From Chiloscyllium plagiosum (lineage: Eukaryota): a DNA stretch of 64,000 nucleotides. The stretch lies in contig NC_057750.1 of assembly GCF_004010195.1 (NCBI RefSeq), forward strand, positions 1,337,262-1,401,261, read 5' to 3'. Below are positions 1 through 12,766 of this stretch, one piece after another (the first letter of the stretch is position 1; each line of letters opens with the position of its first letter). Both the position numbers and the translations under genes were made by a program. Under the pieces are notes generated by a model, which was given only the letters and a program-made list of their open reading frames with translations, was not told the origin of the DNA and searched no databases.

Positions 1-316
1 CTCCATGGCCTCACCCCTCCCTAATTCTGTAGCTCCCCCCCTGGCCTACCCCCTCCCTGTCTCCATAATCTCCATCAGCTGCAAGTCTCTGAATTACCTG
101 CACATCTCTGATTCTGTATGTTCCCCATTGACAGCTTTGCCTTCTGCTGCCTGGACCAACACTTTAGCTGCACATCTCCCTTTCCATCTTTCCAATGCTC
201 TTCAAGACCTGCTCTTTCACCAAACATTTGGTGATTTTTTAAATAAGTCTCCTGTGAGTCACCTTGGAATATTTTATTACCTTCAAGGTACTATATAAAT
301 GCAATATGTTGTTGTC
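1..316 (+). mobile_element. Degenerate L2-type LINE 3' end
   Basis: Pyrimidine-rich 3' region ending CTATATAAATGCAATATGTTGTTG, resembling L2-clade 3' tails; family from recalled consensus. Confidence 0.55.
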
Positions 317-1059
317 TTGAGACAAGCTTCCAACATGAGGGAGAGCCATTTGTTGAGCTGCCAGGGGCTGAAAGAGAAGATGGGCCGTAGGGGAAGGAGG
401 TAATTTTAGCAGTTGCTTGAGGTTCACTCACATGTTCAAGGCAACAAGTTATGACCATTTCTTCACACATCTTGAAATGAATCTCGTTCATGCCAGTTAA
501 TGGGCTACAATCAATACAAATGGAAAGTCAAAATTGAATTTCAGACAAGTTTGATTTCAAGAAATGCTCTAAATAGCATTATAAAATTGATCACATGCTT
601 TCATTGTATTTGTCCTCCATTGTGTTCTCTTCTGAACATGAAACTTTGTTAAGGGAAACAGCGTATAAGTGTACCAGCCTGGAATGATTGGCTGTGACAT
701 AATTTGCTTCACTGTGTGGTACAGGCTATTGAAATAGTTCACCAATTACTGTCTCAGGCAACGCTTACAATTCAGTAGTTTGACAATTTTCTGCAAGTCT
801 CTCTGTGCAGTTAATGAGAACAGATTTTATTGGGATTTGTTGGAATTTTATTGGGTTTATTGGGGTCTGTTGGTGATAAACAGTATAAGGGTTAAATAAA
901 ACAACCCATGATGGCAGCTGGAATCAAAATGGGGATCATAATCAGCAAAAAAAACATTTATTGATACTCCATTGATCCAGTGTTGGGCTAATATGAGGAA
1001 AATTGTTGCATTGTTATTAGGGGGAGGTGTTGTTAATATTGATCTTGCATTGTGCCCCT

Positions 1060-1211
1060 CCTGCGCAGCCATAACGCCGTATGCCTCGCTCTGTCTTAGC
1101 ACCCTATGATCTATATATTCTTGTTTACTATGATCTGCCCATAATGCTCACAAAACAAAACCTTTCACTGCACTTAGGTGCATATGAGTACAGTAAATCA
1201 AATCAAATCAA
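1060..1211 (+). mobile_element. Rex/Babar-like LINE 3' tail with (CAAAT)n end
   Basis: AAAACAAAACCTTTCACTG...AAATCAAATCAAATCAA; same tail as 32930-33055 and 41690-41817. Confidence 0.6.
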
Positions 1212-1500
1212 TGTCACTGCATTTGCAATCCAGAACTCAAAGTTAATGCTCTAGAGATAGGGGTTTGAATCCCACCAGAGCAGATGATGAAATTTCAATT
1301 CAGTAAAAATCTGGAATTAAAAGCTAGACCAATAGCACCATGTAACCACTGCCAATTGTCATAAAAACCCACTTGATTCACTAATGTTCTTGAGGGAAAG
1401 AAATCTGCTGGCCTTATCTAATCTAGCCCACACATGATTCCTGACCCACAGCAATGTGGTTATTTCTGGGTGATTCAGGATGGTGGGACATCATAATTCT
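1212..1500 (+). mobile_element. tRNA-derived SINE (family S2)
   Basis: B-box-like GGTTTGAATCCC; body similar to copies at 17310, 24655 and 41268. Confidence 0.7.
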
Positions 1501-1508
1501 CACAATTA

Positions 1509-2626
1509 CATAGAACATAGAATAGTACAGCATAGCACAGGCCCTTCAGCCCATGATGTTGTGCCAACCTTCTATCCTACTCTAAGATCAAACTAACTTA
1601 TTTTACTTTCATCCATGTGCCTTATCCAAGAATCGCTTAAGTGTCCCTAATGTCTCTGACTCCACTACCACCGCTGGCAATGCATTCCACACACCTACCA
1701 CTCTTTGAGTAAAGAACCTATCTCTGACATCTCCCCTAAACCTTCATCCAATCACCTTAAAATTATGCCCCCTCCTGATAGCCATTTCTGCCCTACGGAA
1801 AAGTCTCTGACTATTTGCTCTATCTAGGCCTCTCATCATTTTGTACACTTCTATCAAGTCACCTCTCATCCTTCTTTGCTCCAATGAGAAAAGCCTTAGC
1901 TCCCTCAACCTTTCTTCATCAGACATGCCCTCCAGTCCAGGCAGCATCCTGGTAAATCTCCTCCACACCCCTCCTAAAGCTTCCACATCTTTCCTATCAT
2001 GAGGCAACCAGAACTGAACACAATATTCCAAGTGTGATCTAACCAAGACTTTACAGAGCTGCAGCATAACCTCATGGCTCTTAAACTCAAGCCCTCTACT
2101 AATGAAAGCCAACACACTGTACATCTTCTTAACAACCCTATCAACCTGGGCAGCAACTTTGAAGGATCTATGGATACTCCACACGACCAAGAATCATACC
2201 TTTAACCCTGTAATCTGCACTCACATTTGACCTGCTAAAATGAATCACTTCACACTTTTCCAGGTTGAACTCCATCTGCCAATTCTCAGCCCAGCTCTGC
2301 ATCCTGTCAATGTCCCACTGCAACCTACAATAGCCCTCCACACTATCCACAACACCACCAACCTTTGTGTCATCGGCAAACTTACTAACCTACCCTTCCA
2401 CATCCTCATCCAACTCATTTATAAAAATCATAAAGAGCAGAGGTCCTAGAACTGATCTCTGCAGAACACCACTGGTCACCGAGCTCCAGGCTGAATACTT
2501 TCCAAACATTATCACCATCTGTCTTCTATGGGCCAGCCAATTCTGAATCCAGACAGCTCGATTTCCCTGTATCCCATGTCTCCTTACTTTCTGAATTAGC
2601 CTACCATGGGAAATCTTATCAAACAT
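1509..2626 (-). mobile_element. CR1 LINE, 5'-truncated (RT C-terminus plus 3' UTR)
   Basis: Minus ORFs with [47 protein letters not shown] tail repeats at 1509. Confidence 0.95.
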
Positions 2627-5048
2627 TCAATGCAGTAACAACATTAGAGTCACTGCAGCACAGAATAAGACCTATTAGACCATCATAATTGTGCAAGTCA
2701 AAAACAACAGACTAACTCTTCTAAGGAAGTATAAGCATTTTCAGGCCCTTATGCTGATGGGTTTTACAGGGTGATTATTGATCAGTAATACTACCCATTA
2801 ATTATGGCAAAAACAAAATGTCAGACCAACTCAGAAAGATTCATTAAATGAGCACAGGACACAAACGTGAGAGAAAGCATGTTCAGGGTAAAATGACCAG
2901 CATGAAAGTTCCAGGTAGTCCAAATCATGAGCCAAACGTAAAGAAAGAAATAGGTATCACGTTTGTTTGGGTTCTGGTGGAGAAGGGTTGACCTGTCAAG
3001 TTGTTTTTTTTTTCACAGCGCCTTTGGACAAAACTGTCCTTTAATATCCATAATGTGGAATGCAGCAGGTAAAATCTCCCTACGCTTGGTCTGTTCATAT
3101 GGGAAGGTGTGGATGAAGGAAGAGAAACATCTATGCACAAAGCAATAGAGGTGATACAGCAATATGCAGCAAAATGCCAGCACTTTATAACACTGTTACA
3201 GATCATGACCTTCAATATAACATAGATTACTTAAGATGGCTTCTCTCACTGATATTGAAAGCATAACAACCAATCTTCATTATTCTTGGCTAATACATGA
3301 CTGGCTCCTGAAAACCAAGAATGGAGGGAGGGATACTCTTGACAGAATAAAAATGATTTCTCAAAACCAGTGACATGACACTGAGTCAAACTGAAGGAAT
3401 AAACTTTCACTCTAGATGTACAGCCTTATCATTGCCTCAGCTCAGCCCACAGTGCCTTACTGCCAATTAATTATTTCTGCACTTCAGTCACCTGTATAAG
3501 GACATGAAAGAGGATTCACCTCGTGTGGAATTCAGAGAATGGGAGAATCCAAGAGCTTGATCCAAACCCATTGCAAAGGTCAACCTTGAAAACCAGGGGG
3601 AAATAGTTTAATTATTTGAGCAAACTTACATGGGAAGAAATGGGTTGATTCAATAATGATGTCACAAGTTAGATCTCAGCCACATGCCTGGTCCCTTCAG
3701 TGAAGATCTGGATAAAGTAAAATTGTAAATTGTCCCAATGTGTGGTTTTAAATTTCTGAGGACAAGGTTGTGGAGTGATTGTTTTCACTCTTAGTGTTTG
3801 TCAAATAGATCACACTTAAATCGGTGATGATTTATGTTCCTACTGTATGTGATTATAATCCCATATTACTACTATAGCCAGCTTTAATCACATGTTTCCC
3901 TATGCAAATTAAGTTAAATAATAATTGCAAAGAAATCAAATAAAATCTATCCAATGATAGATCATTAACATTTAGTAAAATTCCTTTATTAACGTTTAAA
4001 AGCAGTTAAAAAAAATCAGGGAAGAATATTTTAATGAATCGGATTGGCGTGCAAACTGATTATTGTGCATCGCTCCCAAATACTTTATTTAAATCAGGAA
4101 ACTTCTTGTACAAATAATATTGCGTAAATACATATACGAGCGCCCGTGCTAATGCTAAATGATATCTTCCTATCTTGTCAAAGAACCATCTCCTTGAATT
4201 CTCAACCACTCCCCTCCTCATTCTCCCCTCTTAACGGTGCAGTGTATATGTGTGAAATTACGCTACACATTTTGCCTGGCTTTTTTTTTCAAAATATAGA
4301 ACCAAGGTTGCATACGCCCAGCAAATAAAAATGTCCCCAAATTCTAAAAGTTTTAGCATACTACAGGATATGAAAGCTAATTCTATCTCCATCGAGACAC
4401 GAAGAGAGAACCGCCTAGCTATATCCTATATTCCCGGTAAAGTTGCTGGGGTAAAATGATGCAGGAAGCAACTTCATTGCTCGCACTGCAATACTGCTCT
4501 TAAACACAGGCACATTCCTGCATTTAATAATTGAAACCCCCAACACATTAGTTCAGATTGCAACAACAAACGCAATGGCATTGCAACAGAAATCCTCTGC
4601 TCTGATATATTTGGACCCAGACATTCTATGCAGCTTTTTTTAAAAATTAAAACATTCCCAAAGCATAAGATTCATACAGTAAACCAGTGGTGGCACGTTG
4701 GAATTCATAATCTATGTTTCAGGGGAAAAATAAGAAGATCCATTAAAATTGAAGGAGAATAAGACATTGCAAGGTCCAAAGGATTTTGTGTTCATGGAGT
4801 GCAATAATCACCCTGCCATATTGAAAAGTTGCATGCAAGTGGGTAAGATCTAAACGCCTTTCTGGACCGACACGACATTGTTATCTTTAGAGATATATTT
4901 TAATGTGTGGGTCATACTAGCATGAATCGCTAGTTTGCAGTTACATATTCCCTGAGCAAAATTCGCACTGTCTATTATTTAAACGCCTCGACCAAACCCC
5001 GTGGCATGAAAATAGAAAGAGAAAGGGGGAGAAAATGTAAGATTTTAC

Positions 5049-5296
5049 CTTTGCAAAGAATCATGAACCAGATTCGGTCAGTGAAATGAAGCGGTTTCTC
5101 TGCGCCAGCTCCTCAGCTTCGTTCAGACTTTGCCCCTTTTTCTCTCTCTCTCCCTCTCTTTTTCCTTCCCTCCTCCTGGTCTCTGGCACTGCCTCTGTCT
5201 CACACACACACTCTGCTTCCGGCCGGTGTTGTAGGGAACTCAATGCACACACTGTCCTCCGTCTTCAGGCATTTAGAGGTTAATGCAGTCAGCCCA
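5049..5296 (-). other. Candidate 5' exon; may end with a short start ATG ATT CTT TGC AAA G (MILCK, phase 1; ATG 5064-5062) or be wholly UTR
   Basis: GA-rich UTR-like tract, donor AAG|GTAAAA at 5049/5048; upstream boundary uncertain (possible TTCAG acceptor at 5297). Confidence 0.35.
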
Positions 5297-5441
5297 CTGA
5301 ATAGTCTTGCCTCGGCGATTAAAAATTAAATGTGGACAATTTTATTTTTAAAAGAAGACAGACACGGTTTAAACAAAAGAAAACCTGCAACTCCCATCCA
5401 CAAACAGCATTCCTGGCTCTCGCTGGGCAACACGGAACGGG

Positions 5442-5462
5442 TTCAGCACCATGGACAGCGAC
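5442..5462 (+). promoter_or_regulatory. RE1/NRSE (REST binding site)
   Basis: TTCAGCACCATGGACAGCGAC versus consensus TTCAGCACCAYGGACAGCGCC (20/21). Confidence 0.85.
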
Positions 5463-6463
5463 ACGGGGCCGCGCACAGCCAGTCGCTCCAGTGGGAGGCA
5501 CTGGCTCTGGCAAGCGAGCCCCCAGACACAAGCAAGCCCCTGATCCTGGAGCAGTGCACAACTCTAGAAGGAGCATCCATTCACCGCCAGGAGAAGTCTC
5601 TCTCTCGGGAAGGTTGCAATGAGTTCCAGCCTCATCCTTCTCCCCCTTCCTGCCCCAGCGCTGCAAATCCTCAGCACCGACCAACACCAAGGACTGAGTG
5701 GCACTGACAGGGCTCCACACAGTCTCTCCCTGATGTCTAGCCGGGCTGGACCCTTTGGCTGAGGTTACTGACTATCCAGATGTGTGTGTTTCACAGAACA
5801 GATCGCAATCCCTCCGAAAACGCAGCTGCAACAAAACAGGGTCTCCCCTCAGTAACAGCTTCCCGTTAAAACCAGTCCTGGGTCTACACCAGCTCCGAGC
5901 TGACAAGTGATTTTCTCCACATCCAAGTGGGACCGGTTCGCTCTCTCTTCCTGGCACTTACTAACAGACATCTAACAAACGGTCTGATTTCTAGTTTGCA
6001 TACACACAGATCCAGGTAGCTCGATCAGCTCAGACCGGAGAGAGAAAAGAGACTTAATATGAAGAAGCAAATCAGACAGCGCACGGTGGGTGTGACTGAG
6101 CGTCTCATGCATATGAATTAGCAAGTGCACGTGTACCAACCCAGCGCAAGACCAGAAAGAGCGAAATACTGCGTGACAGAGCGGGAACCTGAGTAAAATG
6201 GAGAGACATGAGCTCCAGATTACAAAGTAAGTCCTTCGTTTTTCAACTCATTCCAAAGAGAACCACTTGTCTCAAAACTAAGTAACTTTTTTTTCTATTC
6301 CACATTTTGTGGCCGTTTTTCCAAACCAGAAGCTCAGCAGCAGTTTGGACAGCTCCAGTGAAATTGGGGATCAAAAGACGGGACAGTATCGCTTCTCATT
6401 GGGTAACAGTCTCCCAGCAACGCAGAGGGGCATGTGCTAGGGTGAGCCATCTATGAGGGGCAT

Positions 6464-7182
6464 CATAGAGACATAGAATCATGCAGCAAAGAAATAGACA
6501 CTTTGGTCCAATTTGTCCATGCCGACCAGATATCCTGAATTAATCTAGTTCCATTTCCCAGCATTTGGCCCATATCCTTCTAAACCCTCCCTATTCATAT
6601 CCCCATCCAGATGCCTTTTAAATGTTGCAATTGTACCAGCCTCCACCACGTCCTCTAGGAGAAAGTGAAGACTGCAGGTGCTGGAGATCAGAGTCCAGAG
6701 TGTGGTGGCAGAAAAGCACAGCAGGTCAGGCAGCATCCTAGAAGCAGGAGAGTCATGCCCGAAACATCAATTCCCCTGCTCCACCACTTCCTCTGGCAGC
6801 TTATTCCATATACGCACACCCTCTGTGTGAAAAAGTTGCTGTTTAGTTCCCTTTTAATTCTTTCCCCTCTCACCTTAAACCTATGCCCTCTCATTTTGCA
6901 GTCCCCTACCCTGGGAAAAAGACTATGCATGCCCCTTGTGTTTTTATAAACTTCTATACAGTTTCCCCTCAGCCTCTGATGCTCCAGGGAAAATAGCCCC
7001 AGCCTATTTGGCCTCTCCCTACAGATCAAACACTCGAACCCCGGGAACATCCTTGTAAACCTTTTCTGTGCTCCTTTCAAGTTTAACAATATCTTTCTTA
7101 TAGCAGGGAGACCAGAACTGAATGTAGTGTTCTGAAAGTGGCCTAACCAATGTCCTGGACAACTGCAACATGACATCCCCAA
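6464..7182 (-). mobile_element. CR1 LINE 3' fragment, interrupted by a Penelope-derived insert
   Basis: QKRFTRMFPG...RLGLFSLEHQRLRG...FFTQRV on the minus strand. Confidence 0.9.
6657..6778 (-). mobile_element. Penelope-derived short element (family A), internally deleted
   Basis: Family-A tail and arm; 16-bp TSD CTCCACCAC(G/T)TCCTCT at 6641-6656 and 6779-6794. Confidence 0.8.
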
Positions 7183-8904
7183 GATCGATAACTTTTGTAA
7201 AAAGAAAATAATCCGAAGGTCATCAAGGAAAGTAAATCACTAGATCATGAGGTCACTGTAAAACAAACATTTACTGTAACAGATCAACTTAAATCAACAT
7301 CATCGAAACATTAAATAACAGATGAAAGATCAGATACTTGGCGAAGAAAGTTAAAATCTATTTAAATAGCTGTGGTTTTACTATATTTACATCCAGCCCA
7401 AATCAAAATAAATTAATTCAGTTGAATTTATTTGTTTGGCTAAAGCAACAACAAAGACAGATTTTAAATCATTACGGCCATTTAGTCAGATTGCTAGCTG
7501 TAGACTGGATTCTAAAATGAAATGTCCCCCTCATCCCAATGAAGTTTCAGTCCACCAACTGCCCTCCAGATTGAATAAATCTATATAAATATATTGTAGC
7601 CAAAATAGCTCCATTAAATCAGCCCAAATCAGTAAATGGGGTCCTCATTCAAGAAATGTGGTATAGTTAATTTATTTTGTGGGTCGAGTTTTGAGAATTA
7701 ACTGCAAGGCTGAAACTTTTTTATCATCACTTCGTAAAATTTTATTGCAATAGTCAATATAGAATGCATTATAATCAGTATCCATATGGAATACCTTAAA
7801 GAGCTGGTTAAAACGTTAGATTGCATAAGATAATGTAATTAGCTAATTGATCTAAATACGCTGTGATGTAGACTGAGTGATATCTATATGTTAATGAAAT
7901 TTATTTTAAATTTGGTTTTTGATTTAGTGACAAATGAATTTCTCTTTGTATATGAACAGCCTGCTGACTAACTTAAAAATATTTCCGTAGCCATGGTGAT
8001 TTCTTTTAAAACAGCTTGAGGCAGGTCAGTTTCAGAACTGATGGTTTTGTTTTTATTTACATTACGGTAAAATGAACAACTATGTATCAAAACTTTAGCT
8101 AGAAAATTCTAAAATTCTTTTCTTTCACTGAAAATACACATTGCTTGGAAAAATGGGATTGTTTAAAAAAGTTCTGTTTTGGCAGCAGAAATCCCAGGAT
8201 GTAGATGAATATACAAAGCAGTGCTCCTGAGAAGGGAAATAGATAGCAAAAATAGATTACCTGAGAGAAAGGAGCTTAGTGATGGTGCTAGACCAGAAAT
8301 GCTATTTGAAGATGTTATTTCAAGCTGAGAGCACTTCAACTCAGATGTGTGAAAACTCTGGGTAAAGGCTATCCAATTAACCAGATAGAGAGTTGAAATC
8401 ATAGCTAACTTACACCTATCAAGATATTTGAAAATGAAAATTTATTTTCTGGTGTAAGTACTTTACAAGGGTATTTTTAGGGATTTGTAAAGGAGCATTT
8501 TGGGATTAACAGGATTATATTCTGTTCATGTGTTTCAAAATCTTCAAAAACAGATTATATGCTATGTTCAATCTATTCTATTACATCTTAATTTCTTATG
8601 TGAAATAAGCTTCTGTTTTATTGTTTAAAATGAATCAGTAACATTGTATGCTTACATTTTGGTGAGAGACCACTTCTTTGTAATCAAAACAAACTATGAT
8701 CTATCAAGCCTGATTTCAGTCTGGGATCTGGCGTGCCCTATCAGCTGGAATCAATATCAATACTGATGGTAAACTCAAAAACCTATAAGAAAATCAAACC
8801 TATTTGAAATGACAATTAGCAACAAATAGATGTTCAAAAGCATTCGGTAAAGAGTACAGTTACAATCTACTAAAAGTTCATAGTTTTTTTGTCTGTTCTC
8901 TCAG

Positions 8905-9575
8905 CATTCCTTGAAAGTGGAGTCACAATGGACAAGGCAGTGAAGAAGGCGCTTGGCATGTTTGCCTTCATTGGTCAGTGCATTGAGTAAGGAAATAGTA
9001 TATCAAGTTGTGGCTGTGGGAGACATTGGGTTAGGCCACCTTTGGAACACTGCATTTGTTCTCCTCTCCCTGCTGTAGGAAGGATGTTGTTAAACTTGAA
9101 AGGGTTCAGAAAAGATTTACAAGGATGTTGCCAGGTTTGGAGAATTTGAGCTATAGGGAGAGGCTGAATAGGTTAGGGCTATTTTCCCTGGAGTGTCAGA
9201 GGCTGAGGGGTGACCTTTATAGAGGTTTATAAAATCATGGGGTCGTGGATAGGGTAAATAGACAAGGTCTTTTTCCAACAGTAGGGGAGTCCACAACTAG
9301 GTTTAAGATGAGAGGGAAAAGATTTAAAAGAGGAGTGAGGGGCAAATGTTTCACACAGAGGGTGGTACGTGTATTGAATGAGCTGCCAGAGGAAGTGGTG
9401 GAGGCTGGTACAATTGCAACATTTAAAAGTCATCTGGATGGATATATTAATAAGAAGCATTTAGAGGGATATGGGCCAAATGCTGTGAAATGGGACTAGA
9501 TTAAGTTAGGATATCTGGTCAGCATGGAAAAGTTGGACCGAATGGTCTGTTTCCATTCTGTACAGCTCTATGCCT
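8905..9575 (+). mobile_element. CR1 LINE 3' fragment
   Basis: CFTQRVVRVLNELPEEVVEAGTIATFKSHLDGY plus CR1 3' UTR. Confidence 0.92.
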
Positions 9576-10254
9576 TCAGAAATTCTTAAAAGAGAACTCA
9601 AGCTTTTGAGTGACCACAATGTATACTCATAATCCTGCTTTAGAGAAATTGTATGGCTGTTTGTAGCTCAGTGAAACAGGCTTCCATTGTTTATTGTAAA
9701 GAGTTTTTCTCAATTTGAAAACAAATCTATTTTGCAGGTCTTTGGCTACCTGCCCACAGCTTGGAGGCTTCCTACATGTTCCTGCACTTTCACGATTCTG
9801 AGTCTTAGTCCTGTTGAAAAATTCGATTTAGTTTGTAATTTTCTTTAAGTGAGGCATTAATTTTGGTGACTTTGCCTCATAGCCAATGTAACCCAAGATG
9901 CCCCTCACTCAGGGAAGCACACTTACAATACTTCCTGAACAAATGTGTTGCCTCCTGCCGTCTCACGATCCTTCAACCTGGCCTCCATTCACGTTTCCCA
10001 GCTCTTGAGTCATATTCACCAGCACCATATTCAATTTGAGGTCCCCCAGACATGGCATTCATCTAAGAGTCCTCTCATTCTCTCTGTCTCTCAAGACAGA
10101 AGAAGGACTAAAATTCTCTCCCATGCTCCCCCCTCAACCCCTTTCCAAAGGCTGGTAGGCCCTGACACCACTTCAACAGCAGGATTGCTCATTGTCCACT
10201 CCACAATTCCTTGCTTTCCCCATGTTCAGTATTCTGACTTTTCCAACATTATTA

Positions 10255-12190
10255 TAATTCATTCGTGGCATCACTGGCTGGTCTCACACTTATGGCCTGT
10301 CCCTAATTGCCCCTTGGGAAGGTGATAGTGAACTGTCTTCTTGATCTGTTACAGCCCATGTGCTGTGGGTTAACCCACAATGCCCTTAGGGAAGGAAATC
10401 CAGGATTCTGACCCAGCAACACTGAAGGAACGGCGATATATTTCCAAGTCAGGATGGGGAATGATTTGATGGGGAACTTGCAGGAGATGAATGGTGCTGA
10501 ACATTGTAAAATCAACATGAACATCCCTCTCAAAGTAGGTAATTGATGAAGCAGCTGAAGATGGTGGTCCTAGGACAGTACCTTGAGGAACTCTTGTAGA
10601 GATGTCCTGGAGCTGAAATGACTGACCTACAACAACCACAATCCTTTGTGTCAGGTATGACTGTAACAACCAGAGAGTTTGCCCCTGATGCCCATTGATA
10701 CCTGTTTTGCTGGGGCTCCTTGCTGCCACTCTCAGTCAAATGCAACCTCCACATCAAGAGCTGTCACCCTCACCTCTGGAATTCAAGGCTGCAATAAGAT
10801 CAGGAGCTCAGTGACCCTGGTGGAACTCAAACTGGGTGTAACTGAGCAAGTGCTGCTTGATAGCACTGTTGATGACACCTTCCATCACTTTACTGGTGAT
10901 CGAGAGTAGATTGACAAAGTGGTAATTAACTGGGTAAGATATTTTTATTCATTCATGGAATATGGGTATGGCTGATTGGGCCAGCATTTATTGCCCATCC
11001 CTAATTGCCCAGAGGGCAGTTAAGAGTCAACCACATTGCTGTACAACTGGAGTCACATGTAGGCCAGGCCAGATAAGGATGGCAGTTTCCTTCCCTAAAG
11101 GACTTTAGGAAATGGGTTTTTGTGACTTTCCACAATGGATTCATGGCCATTATTAGAATAGAATCAAAAGCCTTTATTGTGGCGTGCATTTAAATGAGTG
11201 CAGTGAAAAGTCTGTAATGTCACCATCTTAGGTACAGGGTACCTTGGTACAGAGACTTTAAATGTTGTTACAGAATTGAAACAGCAATAAAAAGACGAAC
11301 ATGGGAATACAGAGTTTAAAAGTCCAGAATCAGTGCCCATCTCCACACATTAGCCTCTGTCCAGGACTGCCCCTCACCCAGCCTCAGCTTGCTCTGCTCC
11401 TGCTCCAGCCTGCTACTCTTCATTTCAGGCTTTTATTGAATTAAAATTCCACCATCTGAACTGGCAAGATTCAAACATGTGAGTGACTGGATTAACAGTC
11501 CAGCGATAATATCACTAGGGCCATCACCCTCCTCTGCTTTTTGTGATTGGACATACCTGGGCAATTCTCCACATTGTCAGGTAGATGCCAGTGTGGTAAC
11601 TGTACTGGAACAGCTTGGCTATGGGAGCGGCCACTTCTAGAGCACAAGTCTTCAGAACAATTGCTGGAATGTTGTCAGGGCCCATAACCTTTGATGTATC
11701 CAGTGTCTCCACTCGATATCATGTCGAGTGAATCAAATTGGTTGAAGATTGGCATTTTTGTTGCTGAGGACCACTGGAGGTTGCTGAGATGGATCATCTA
11801 ATTCTGGCTGAAAATTCTTTAAGCTTATCATTTCTGTAACCTCCTCCTCTATTGTCCACAACCATTCATGTCTGGGTGTAGCAGGACTGCAGAGCTCAGA
11901 TCTGATCTATTGATTGTGAGATCACTTAGCTCTGACTAGCACATGCTGCTTTTGCTGTTTGGCACACAAGTAGACTTTTTTGTTATTTTATCAGGTTGAC
12001 GTCTCATTTTTAGATATGCTTGGTACTGTTCCTGGCATGCCTTCCTGCACTCTCCATTGAACCAGGGTTGATGGTAATGGTAGAGTCGAGTATGTTCCAG
12101 ACCATGGGGTTTCAGATTGCATTAGACTATATTTCTGCTGCTATGTCCCAGAGCACCTCATGGAATGCTTAACCTTTAATTACTAGATCA
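10255..12190 (-). mobile_element. Heavily deleted CR1/L2-group LINE with nested SINE (10945-11525) and LINE-tail insert (~11160-11420)
   Basis: RT remnants RVPQGTVLGP and KVMGPDNIPAIVLKTCA...WRIAQVCP; 3' end shared with 19075, 39190 and 51345 copies. Confidence 0.8.
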
Positions 12191-12193
12191 ATC

Positions 12194-12751
12194 TGTAACA
12201 ATGCTGTCACTTTAAGAGATTGTTTTGTTCTGGTGCATGTTTTGAAGAGAGGCTGAAAGACAAGGTGCTGAACTGGCTACTGAAGACAGCCTGAGAAAAC
12301 AGCCTGAATGGGTGTGGACAGCTCTCACAGATCCAGATTTCTGGGTTTCAGTTTCTCAGTAACATCAGAGATTATTGGGATCTCAAATGAGTTGGACATT
12401 TCAGTGAATATCTCCTGGCTGCTACTCTCTCCGAATCTTCTCTTGGTGTCTTTTCCTCCTGGATTGGAGAACTGCATGTGCGAATCTGTGTTTGAATTAA
12501 CCTTTTTGCCAAGGTTAATTCAAACAATTGCCAATTGTTTTCCAACTTGTTAAGTTATTCAAAATTCCTCCTTCTTTGGTTGTATTTTAACTACAGAATT
12601 TAAATAAATTGTGTTTTGTTTACTGTCGAGTAGTTTGACCAGTCGCATTGTGTCTGAGATAGTTTACACTTGTCTTTAAAACAAGAAAGTGTTAGGGTTC
12701 TCGTATACCTTCTTTAAATACTTTTGAGGGGGTCTGATCTGGTCTATAACA
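12194..12751 (+). mobile_element. Solo LTR
   Basis: Begins TGT, ends ACA, AATAAA near 12603; degenerate 4-bp TSD AATC/TATC. Confidence 0.65.
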
Positions 12752-12766
12752 TATCCCATTGGCCAA

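Larger units (their letters stand above)
4000..6200 (-). promoter_or_regulatory. Candidate promoter / 5' exon region of a (neuronal) host gene
   Basis: Repeat-poor and CpG-richer than flanks; RE1 site; E-box CACGTG 6128-6133; minus-strand donors TTA|GTAAGT (GT 5961-5960) and AAG|GTAAAA (GT 5048-5047). Confidence 0.6.

Noticed and set aside
5319..5720. Overlapping 96-133-aa ORFs as host CDS
   Set aside because: No recognisable domain; open frames on both strands are expected in GC-rich promoter/UTR sequence.
7900..8760. Possible old LTR (also ~59680-59851) and very old Penelope-like arms at ~42445-42610 and ~59603-59680
   Set aside because: Suggestive only; termini and TSDs could not be fixed.
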